From Nannocystis sp. (GTDB lineage Bacteria; Myxococcota_A; Polyangia; Nannocystales; Nannocystaceae), in NCBI RefSeq assembly GCF_016717175.1, contig NZ_JADKFZ010000004.1: a stretch of 64,000 nt of DNA; one strand, 5' to 3'. The notes under the pieces are model-generated. The model did not search any database. It was given only the letters and a program-made list of their open reading frames with translations, and was not told the origin of the DNA. A program made the translations under genes and the position numbers. This document shows, in pieces, positions 57,253-64,000 of the stretch. Numbering within the stretch: the stretch's first letter is position 1; every line of letters begins with the position of its first letter.

Positions 57253-57909
57253 CTACGCGGGCGCGGGCCAGGGGTCGACGCCGAGGGCCGCGATCGCGGC
57301 CGGGTCGGTGACGGGGTAGACGCGCTCGGCGGGCGTGAGGAGCTCGCGGTAGGGGTTTTGCGCGTGCGGGTGCTGGGCGCGGCACAGCGGCGTGATGTCC
57401 TCGACGGCGAGCAGCCACTCGTCGGCGAAGCGGCGCAGGGCCGGGCCGCGCAGGCCGAGCTGGACGGCGCGGCGGGTCTCGGGGGTGCCGCCGGGGGCGT
57501 GGTCGGGGTCCCACTGCAGGCGCACGTCGGAGCGGGCGACGGCCCGCTTCCAGTCGCGGTGTTCGGGGTAGCGGTGGGGGTCGTGGGACGAGGGCACGGC
57601 GCTGGCGAGCAGTTCGTTGAAGCCGGCGCGGCGCAGCCACAGGGCGAGCACGACCTCCTGGCCCTCCTTGGTGGCCCAGCCGCAGCGGTACATCATCCAC
57701 AGGAAATTAGGCTTGATCCACGACATGCGATCGCGGCTCCACGCCGGGCCGAAGCGGCCGTGGGCGGCGGCGTCGAGGCCGATCTCGGGGCGGTAGGCCT
57801 GGTAGACGACGACGGCGTCGTCGTCGTACTGGGCGAGGATGTGGCGGCCCGCGGCGGGCCAGCGCGGGCGCTGCTCGAGGTAGGGTTCGAGGCGCAGGCG
57901 CGTGGGCAT
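57253..57909 (-). CDS. DUF4291-like conserved hypothetical protein
   Basis: A 218-aa ORF with the conserved core RMSWIKPNFLWMMYRCGWATKEGQEVVLALWLRRAGFNELL. Assignment is from memory of this family, so moderate. Confidence 0.6.
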   Translation of the reverse strand: MPTRLRLEPYLEQRPRWPAAGRHILAQYDDDAVVVYQAYRPEIGLDAAAHGRFGPAWSRDRMSWIKPNFLWMMYRCGWATKEGQEVVLALWLRRAGFNELLASAVPSSHDPHRYPEHRDWKRAVARSDVRLQWDPDHAPGGTPETRRAVQLGLRGPALRRFADEWLLAVEDITPLCRAQHPHAQNPYRELLTPAERVYPVTDPAAIAALGVDPWPAPA

Positions 57910-58060
57910 GCGGCGCAGTGTGGCGGGGCGGCGGCGCGGGGGTCAAGCGAGCTGCGTGAGGCGCAGGCGTGTGACGGTGCGCCCGGGTGTCGCGGGGCGG
58001 CACGCGGTCGCTGCGGGGACACGCAGGGGGACGTGACGCGGTCGCCGTCGCGGGGGTCGA

Positions 58061-58615
58061 TCAGGGGTTCTTCTGGATCTCTTCCTTCTCGACGGAGACC
58101 TCGACGCGGCGGCCCTCGGGGCCGTCCTGGACCTTGACCTGGACCGCACCGTCGACGCCGTCGGCGGCGAGCTGATCGCGGATCTGCTGCTCGGCCTCGG
58201 CGGGGCTGAGGTCGGCCTCGACGGCGATCACGGGCATGGGCGGGGTCTCGCCGGCGGGGATCGTGGTGGCGGTGATGTCCGCGCCGGCGAGCGCGGGGAA
58301 CTGGGCCTTGAGCTTGCTGGCGAGGTCGCCGGCGGCGGGGAGCGTGGCGCCCCACAGCTCGATCTCGAGGACCGGGGCGGCGCCGTCCTCGTGCTTGACG
58401 CGGACCATGGCGGCGCCGGTCTGGGTGGCCGGGCCCTCGAGGTGCTGCGCGATCGCGTGGACGGTGGTCGGGGGGAGCTCGCCGGCGTCGCGGATCTGGA
58501 CGCGCAGGCCGCCGGCGCTGGCGAGCTCGGCGACGCGGGCCTGGGGGTCGTCGCCGCGGTCACAGGCGAGGGCGAGCAGGGTGCAGAGCAGGGGCAGCAG
58601 GAGTGGCTTGAACAT
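58061..58615 (-). CDS. Hypothetical lipoprotein
   Basis: Lipobox LLALAC|D. Ala-rich, with no recognisable domain. Confidence 0.55.
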   Translation of the reverse strand: MFKPLLLPLLCTLLALACDRGDDPQARVAELASAGGLRVQIRDAGELPPTTVHAIAQHLEGPATQTGAAMVRVKHEDGAAPVLEIELWGATLPAAGDLASKLKAQFPALAGADITATTIPAGETPPMPVIAVEADLSPAEAEQQIRDQLAADGVDGAVQVKVQDGPEGRRVEVSVEKEEIQKNP

Positions 58616-58710
58616 GTGGTGTGGGGTCCTCGGGCTGCACTACGGGGCGGGCGGGGAAAGGTGACAGGGGCGGGTCGCGGGCGCGGGTCGGGGGTCGCGG
58701 GCGCTCGGGG

Positions 58711-58860
58711 TGGACATGGCCCTTGGGTCAGGTGATGTGCCGCTCGCGGGCGCGCGGGATAGACATGTCCCTTGGGTCAGGTGGTGCGGCGCTCGCGGGC
58801 GCGCGGGATAGACATGTCCCTTGGGTCAGGTGGTGTGGCGCTCGCGGGCGCGCGGGTGTG
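58711..58860. repeat. Three tandem ~50-bp repeats, each carrying a variant of the palindromic element (GACATGTCCCTTGGGTCAGGTG), directly upstream of the CHAT-SIR2 gene
   Basis: [tg]gacatg[gt]cccttgggtcaggtg[ag]tg[ct]g[gc]cgctcgcgggcgcgcggga occurs three times with about four substitutions. Confidence 0.85.
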
Positions 58861-58895
58861 GGGCGGGCTGTTGCTGATACAATGCCGGCGGCGGG

Positions 58896-60959
58896 GTGGT
58901 GATGGCGAGCGCCGAGTGTGCCGATCTCGAGGTGAGCCTGACGCGGCGGGACGCGGGCCTGTACGCGATCGAGATGCGCTTCACGCAGCCGGGCAGCGAG
59001 GCGGACGTGCGCCTGGAGACCGGGGCCGGGGAGGCGGCGATGGCCCACATCGACCTGGCGGCGCTGCGCGAGCAGCTGCTGGACGCGGACGCGTATGGGG
59101 CGACGCTCGGGGCGGCGCTGTTCGGCTCCGCGGCGGCGGCGGCGATGTACGCCCGGGCGGAGGCGACGGCGCAGGAGCTCGGGACGCCGCTGCGGCTGCG
59201 GCTGGCGATCGGGGCCGACGCGCCGGAGCTGCACGCGCTGCGCTGGGAGACGCTGCGATCGCCGGCGGGGGCGCGGCTGGTGGCGAGCGAGCAGGTGCAG
59301 TTCTCGCGCTACCTGAGCAGCGCGGACTGGCAGGCGGTGCGGCTGCGGCCGCAGACCGAGCTGCGGGTGCTGGTGGCGATCGCCAACCCGGCGGGGCTCG
59401 GCGAGTACGGGCTCGCGGCGGTCGATGTCGAGAGGGAGTGGAACGGGGTGCGCGAGGCCCTGGGGGCGCTGCAGATCGCGGCGCTCAAGGAGCCGGGCGA
59501 GGCGACGCTCGACCGGATCACGGAGCAGCTGCGCGGTGGCATCGACGTGCTGTACCTGGTGTGCCACGGGACCTGGCAGCGGGGGGCGTCGTGGTTGTGG
59601 CTCGAGGACGCGGAGGGGAAGATCGATCGCGTCGGCGGCGAGGCGCTGGTGGAGCGCATCGCGGGGCTTGGCACCCGGCCGCGGCTGGTGGTGCTGGCCT
59701 CGTGCGAGGGCGCGGGCGCGGGTCAGACGCACGGGGCCGAGGGCGAGGCGATGGCGGCGTTGGGGCCGAGCCTGGCGCGCGCGGGGGTGCCGGCGGTGCT
59801 GGCGATGCAGGGGACGATCAGCGCGCAGACGGTGAGCGTGCTGATGCCGAAGTTCTTCGCCGAGCTGCGCCGCGAGGGCCAGGTCGACCGGGCGCTGGCG
59901 CGGGCGCGGGCGGCGGTGCAGGACCGCCGCGACTGGTGGATGCCGGCGCTGTTCATGCGCCTGCGCAGCGGGAGGATCAGCTACACGCCGGGCTTCGGCG
60001 GCGATCGCTCGAGCTTCGAGAAGTGGCCGGCGCTGCTGCAGAGCATCAAGGCCGGGCGCTGCACGCCGATCGTCGGGCCGGGGCTGGCGGAGCCGCTGCT
60101 CGGGGGCTCGCGCGAGCTGGCCCGCCGCTGGGCCGAGACCTACCACTACCCGCTGGCCGGTGACCGCGAGGATCTGCCGCAGGTGGCCCAGTACCTGGTG
60201 GTCCATCAGGATCCGAACTTCCCGCGCGACGAGCTCGAGAGCAGCCAGCGGACGGTGCTGCGCGAGCGCTTCCCGCTGGCTGTCCCGAAGGACATGTGGG
60301 AGGCGCCGCTGGACGAGCTGCTGGTGAAGGTGGCGGCGTGGCGGCAGGCCCAGGGCGAGCAGGACTCGCACGCGACGCTGGCCGCGCTGCCGCTGCCGAT
60401 CTTCGTCACGACGGCGGTCGATCGCCTGCTCGAGCACAACCTGGAGGCGCGGGGCAAGGCGCCGAACTCGGCGGTGTGCGCGTGGCAGGGCGAGGTCGAG
60501 GCGGAGGCGGGCGCCGGCGCGGAGCTGCGGCCGGACCCGCAGCGGCCGCTCGTGTACCACCTGTTTGGCCGGCTCGACGCGCGCGACGCGATGGTGCTGA
60601 CGGAGGACGACTACTTCGACTTCTTGATCGGCGTGACCGGCAACCGCGACCTGATCCCGGTGACCGTGCGGCGGGCGCTGGCCGACACGGCGCTGCTGTT
60701 CCTCGGCTTCCACATGGAGGACTGGAACTTCCGCGTGCTGTTTCGCAGCATCATGAGCCAGCAGGGCGGCGGTCGGCGCAAGCGCTACGCCCACATCGCG
60801 GCGCAGATCGATCCGGAGCAGGGGCGGGCCGTGGACATCGAGCGGGCGCGGCGGTACCTCGAGGAGTACTTCGACGAGGCGGACATCACGATCTACTGGG
60901 GCAGCGCGGAGGACTTCCTCGCGGAGCTGCGAGGTCGCCTCGAGGGCAAGGCGACGTGA
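58896..60959 (+). CDS. CHAT-domain (caspase-like protease) protein fused to a C-terminal SIR2-like (SIR2_2/PF13289-type) domain
   Basis: The CHAT His/Cys dyad is present: IDVLYLVCHGTWQ and RLVVLASCEGAG. The SIR2_2-like motifs are CTPIVGPGLAEPLL (GAGxS-like), PIFVTTAVDRLLE (TTNYD-like, with Asn replaced by Ala), PLVYHLFGRLDARDAMVLTEDDYFDF (KLHGS...lteeDY-like) and ALLFLGFHMEDWNFRVLF (LFIGYSL.D-like). Confidence 0.8.
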   Translation: MVMASAECADLEVSLTRRDAGLYAIEMRFTQPGSEADVRLETGAGEAAMAHIDLAALREQLLDADAYGATLGAALFGSAAAAAMYARAEATAQELGTPLRLRLAIGADAPELHALRWETLRSPAGARLVASEQVQFSRYLSSADWQAVRLRPQTELRVLVAIANPAGLGEYGLAAVDVEREWNGVREALGALQIAALKEPGEATLDRITEQLRGGIDVLYLVCHGTWQRGASWLWLEDAEGKIDRVGGEALVERIAGLGTRPRLVVLASCEGAGAGQTHGAEGEAMAALGPSLARAGVPAVLAMQGTISAQTVSVLMPKFFAELRREGQVDRALARARAAVQDRRDWWMPALFMRLRSGRISYTPGFGGDRSSFEKWPALLQSIKAGRCTPIVGPGLAEPLLGGSRELARRWAETYHYPLAGDREDLPQVAQYLVVHQDPNFPRDELESSQRTVLRERFPLAVPKDMWEAPLDELLVKVAAWRQAQGEQDSHATLAALPLPIFVTTAVDRLLEHNLEARGKAPNSAVCAWQGEVEAEAGAGAELRPDPQRPLVYHLFGRLDARDAMVLTEDDYFDFLIGVTGNRDLIPVTVRRALADTALLFLGFHMEDWNFRVLFRSIMSQQGGGRRKRYAHIAAQIDPEQGRAVDIERARRYLEEYFDEADITIYWGSAEDFLAELRGRLEGKAT

Positions 60960-63900
60960 GCCCGGCGCCGGCCAACCCCTACGTCGGGCCGCGGGCCTTC
61001 ACCACCGGCGAGGCGCTGTACGGGCGCTCGGGCGAGCGGGCGGCGCTGCTGGACCTGCTGGTGGCGGAGCGGGTGGTGCTGCTGCACGCGCCGTCGGGGG
61101 CGGGCAAGAGCTCGCTGCTGTATGCCGGGCTGATCCCGGACCTGCGCGCGGAGGGCTTCGTGGTCCGGCCGCCGATCCGGGTCGGCACCGAGCCGCCAGC
61201 GAGCGCGGCGGGGGTCAATCGCTTCAGCTTCAGCGCGGTGCTCAGCCTGGCCGAGGGCGAGACGCAGCCGCGACCGTTGGCCGACCTGGCGACGCTGTCC
61301 CTGGCGAGCTACCTCGGTCCGGCGCCGGCCGAGGCGGAGGTGCTGATCTTCGACCAGTTCGAGGAGGTGCTGACGATCGATCCGATCGATCGCGCGAGCA
61401 AGCACGCGTTCTTCGCCGACCTGGCGGCGGCGCTGCGATCGTCGCAGCGCTGGGCGGTCATAGCGATCCGCGAGGACCACCTGGCCGGGCTGGCGCCGTA
61501 CCAGCGGGCCCTGCCCACGCGGCTGAAGACGACCTTCCACCTCGATCTGCTGGGCGCCGATGCGGCGCTGGCGGCGGTGCAGCTGCCGGCGCGCGCGGCC
61601 GGGGTGGAGTTTAGCGACGCGGCGGCGCGCAAGCTGGTCGACGACCTGCGCCAGGTCCAGGTCCAGACGGCGGAGGGCGGGACGGCGCGGGTGCTCGGGC
61701 CGTACGTCGAGCCGGTGCAGCTGCAAGTGGCGTGTCGCGATCTGTGGGAGCGCAAGCCGGCGGAGGACCTGACGATCGACGAGCGCGACGTGCAGCAGAT
61801 CGGCGACGTCGACCAGGCGCTGACCCGCTACTATGACGCCCAGATCGCGGCGGTGGCGGGCGCGACGGGGCTGGCGGAGGTCGAGCTGCGGCGGTGGTTC
61901 GACCGGGCGCTGATCTCCGAGCAGGGGCTGCGCGGGCAGGTGCTGCAGGGGGCGACGCAGACGCAAGGGCTGGCCAACGCGGTGGTGCGGGCGCTGGTCG
62001 ACACGCACCTGGTCCGGGCCGAGCAGCGGCGCGGGATCGTGTGGTTCGAGCTGGCCCACGACCGGCTGATCGGGCCGGTGCGGGCGAGCAACGCGAAGTG
62101 GTCGACTGATCACCTGAGCGTGATCCAGCGCCAGGCCCAGCTGTGGGACAGCCACGGGCGGCCGGAGTCGCTGCTGCTGCCCGACCTGGCGGTGATCGAG
62201 CGCCAGCTGGCCGATCCGGGGATGGCGGCGCTCGAGCGGAGCTTCCTCGAGCAGAGCAAGCTGCTGCGCCAGCGCGAGGCGGAGTCGCTGCGCCTGCGTC
62301 GGATCGTTCGCTGGTTGACGGCCGCGGCGCTGCTCGGGCTGGTGGTCACGCTGGCGACGCTGGCGGTGGTGTACCAGCTGCGCAGCGACGAGGAGCAGCG
62401 GCGGCGCGAGGCGGCGGAGGCGGAGCGCGACGCGGCGGCGGCGGCGACGGTGGCGGCGCGGCAGCGGGGTCGCGAGGCGCTGTCGCGGCAGCTGGCGGCG
62501 ACGGTGCTGGTGATGCCGCCGGAGCTGGCGGAGCTGGCGGCGCTTTATGCGGTGGCGGCGAGCCAGATGGCCTCGGGCTGGGACATTCGCGGCTGCCTCG
62601 GCAACCTCGCGGCCCGGGCTCCGCAGCTGCGCGCGCTGCTGCCGGGGACCATGGCGCCGGTGATGCTGGCGCACGACCCCGGGCGCGGGGTGCTGGCGGG
62701 CTTGCAGGACGACGGGCGCCTGGTGCTGTGGGACCTCCGGACGCGGCGTGTGATCGCGTCGCCGAGGGCGGGGATCGGCCACGAGGCGGTGATCTTCGAC
62801 GCGAGTCGCCAGCAGTTCGTGACCGCGGACCGCGACGCGACGGTGACCTTCTACGCGCCGGCGAACGGAGGGGGGCGCAGCCTGGCGCTCGAGAAGGGGC
62901 CGTGGCGGCGGATCGCGGTGTCCGGGGACGGCGCGCGCCTGGCCACCGCGGACGCGTTCGGGCGGGTGTGGCTGGTGGACGCGCACACGGGCAGCAAGCT
63001 GACCGGGGTCGAGCTGCCGGAGCTCCACGACGGGCGGGTGATCGAGCAGATGGCCCTCGACGCGGACGGCGAGACGCTGGCGTTCGCGACGGCCGATGGG
63101 GACGTGAAGCTGTGGCGCTGGGGCACGGGCGGCGTGCTGCGGGCCGAGGTCCCGGCGGCGGAGCGCGAGGGCGGGTCGCCGTCGGAGCGTGAGGGCGGGT
63201 CGCCGGCGGGGCTGAGATTTGGCGCCGGAGGGGCGCTGGTGGGGCTGCTCGGGGACGGGCGGGTGCTGCGGTGGACGCTGTCGGCGAAGGGGGCTCCAGG
63301 CAAGCCGACGCAGCTGGCGGGGCTGGCCGAGGGGGCGGTGGCGCCGGACAGCGGGCAGCGGGCGAGGTTCCTGGCGCTGGGTCTGGCGGCCGACGGCGCG
63401 AGCGCGGCGGGGGTGCTGTGCCTCGACGCGTGCACGCGCGAGGTGCTGCTGCAATGGGACGCGGCGAGCGGGCGGGTCGACGGCGTGGCGATCGAGATGT
63501 CCGACCGCGACACGAAGGATCGGCGCTTCGATCTGCGGGTCACTTCGCAGGTGGCGATCGCGGCGGGTGTGCGGGTGGCGGCGCGGGTGTGGGACCTGGT
63601 GGGGTGGCGGCCGCTGGCCGGGTCACCGAAGGATGTTCGGGCGCTGGCGGTCAGCGGCGACGGTGAGCTGGTGGCCGCCGCCGGCTGTCCCGCGGACGCG
63701 GGTGCGTGTGGCGAGAGCGAGGTGACGGTGTGGCGCGCCCGGGAGCGCACGCGCGTGTACGCGGGGCTGCGCGGGCTGGGTGAGGTGGCGCAGGGGCTCA
63801 GCTTCTTCGCCGGCGACCGCCGTCTGGCGGTGCTCGGGCGCGACGGCGGGGTTGTCCTTTGGGACATGTCCTCGGGGCAAGCCACGCCGGGCCCGCGCCT

Positions 63901-64000
63901 GCCGAGCGTGGCCGACACTCTGGCGCTGCGGGCCCGCGGGGACGGGCTCCTGGCGGCGATCGGCGTCGGCAGCCGGGTGCACGTGTGGGACGTGCTCGGC
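60956..64000 (+). CDS. STAND-type P-loop NTPase with the NPYxGxxxF N-terminal motif and DQFEE Walker B, then a TM helix and C-terminal WD40-like beta-propeller repeats; 3' end beyond the window
   Basis: Translated by hand from the sequence, since the ORF track omits it because it has no in-window stop. Start is GTG 60956, overlapping the upstream TGA (GTGA). The opening reads MSPAPANPYVGPRAFTTGEALYGRSGERAALLDLLVAERVVLLHAPSGAGKSSLLYAGLIPDL; Walker B is EVLIFDQFEEVL; then ...GIVWFELAHDRLIGPVRASNAKW. The TM helix reads LTAAALLGLVVTLATLAVV, followed by a coiled-coil-like EEQRRREAAEAERD. WD-like repeats include RLVLWDLRT, VKLWRWGT, VVLWDMSSG and RVHVWDVLG. (64000-60956+1) is divisible by 3 and no in-frame stop was seen. 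Confidence 0.8.
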   Translation, partial: MSPAPANPYVGPRAFTTGEALYGRSGERAALLDLLVAERVVLLHAPSGAGKSSLLYAGLIPDLRAEGFVVRPPIRVGTEPPASAAGVNRFSFSAVLSLAEGETQPRPLADLATLSLASYLGPAPAEAEVLIFDQFEEVLTIDPIDRASKHAFFADLAAALRSSQRWAVIAIREDHLAGLAPYQRALPTRLKTTFHLDLLGADAALAAVQLPARAAGVEFSDAAARKLVDDLRQVQVQTAEGGTARVLGPYVEPVQLQVACRDLWERKPAEDLTIDERDVQQIGDVDQALTRYYDAQIAAVAGATGLAEVELRRWFDRALISEQGLRGQVLQGATQTQGLANAVVRALVDTHLVRAEQRRGIVWFELAHDRLIGPVRASNAKWSTDHLSVIQRQAQLWDSHGRPESLLLPDLAVIERQLADPGMAALERSFLEQSKLLRQREAESLRLRRIVRWLTAAALLGLVVTLATLAVVYQLRSDEEQRRREAAEAERDAAAAATVAARQRGREALSRQLAATVLVMPPELAELAALYAVAASQMASGWDIRGCLGNLAARAPQLRALLPGTMAPVMLAHDPGRGVLAGLQDDGRLVLWDLRTRRVIASPRAGIGHEAVIFDASRQQFVTADRDATVTFYAPANGGGRSLALEKGPWRRIAVSGDGARLATADAFGRVWLVDAHTGSKLTGVELPELHDGRVIEQMALDADGETLAFATADGDVKLWRWGTGGVLRAEVPAAEREGGSPSEREGGSPAGLRFGAGGALVGLLGDGRVLRWTLSAKGAPGKPTQLAGLAEGAVAPDSGQRARFLALGLAADGASAAGVLCLDACTREVLLQWDAASGRVDGVAIEMSDRDTKDRRFDLRVTSQVAIAAGVRVAARVWDLVGWRPLAGSPKDVRALAVSGDGELVAAAGCPADAGACGESEVTVWRARERTRVYAGLRGLGEVAQGLSFFAGDRRLAVLGRDGGVVLWDMSSGQATPGPRLPSVADTLALRARGDGLLAAIGVGSRVHVWDVLG

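Noticed and set aside
58871-58884. TTGCTG...TACAAT just upstream of the CHAT-SIR2 start as a promoter.
   Set aside because: The two hexamers are only 2 nt apart, which is incompatible with a -35/-10 pair. No proper -35 element lies 17 bp upstream of TACAAT.

Overview
This is a high-GC (~70%) chromosomal segment that looks Myxococcota-like. The evidence is a Myxococcus-type cysteine-rich repeat (CGDGxVxxGExCDDGN), many secreted lipoproteins with Ser/Thr/Gly-rich linkers, FG-GAP lipoproteins, AgmX/PglI-type C-terminal domains, a DUF1552/DUF1592 pair and an FHA–sigma-54 activator. No rRNA, tRNA or CRISPR arrays were recognised. The window holds about 42 genes. The main block on the minus strand is an isoprenoid operon of about 12 kb: two D-Ala–D-Ala-ligase-like ATP-grasp enzymes, a GNAT acetyltransferase, then the mevalonate lower pathway (type-2 IPP isomerase, mevalonate kinase, diphosphomevalonate decarboxylase, and a single ORF fusing phosphomevalonate kinase to class-II HMG-CoA reductase), then hpnC–hpnD–hpnE for squalene synthesis. 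Other content includes two tandem ~1,300-aa TPR/DUF3857/transglutaminase-like paralogs followed by a serine hydrolase, Cys-rich lipoproteins next to DsbD, a frameshifted TolC with MlaC, a VIT–VWA lipoprotein, PrkA and RidA. The most notable locus is at the 3' edge: a CHAT-protease–SIR2-like fusion gene translationally coupled (GTGA overlap) to a STAND-type NTPase (DQFEE Walker B)–TM–WD40 gene that runs off the window. This is a candidate NTP-dependent conflict or antiviral system, preceded by three 50-bp tandem repeats. Other unusual features: a short palindromic element family (CTGTCC-N3-4-GGACAG) found between genes and in-frame inside unrelated CDSs; a 37-nt poly-G tract at the 5' end of the decarboxylase gene; and several short tandem-repeat arrays in leaders. 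Gene starts were placed by hand from the ORF track and are approximate to within a few codons.
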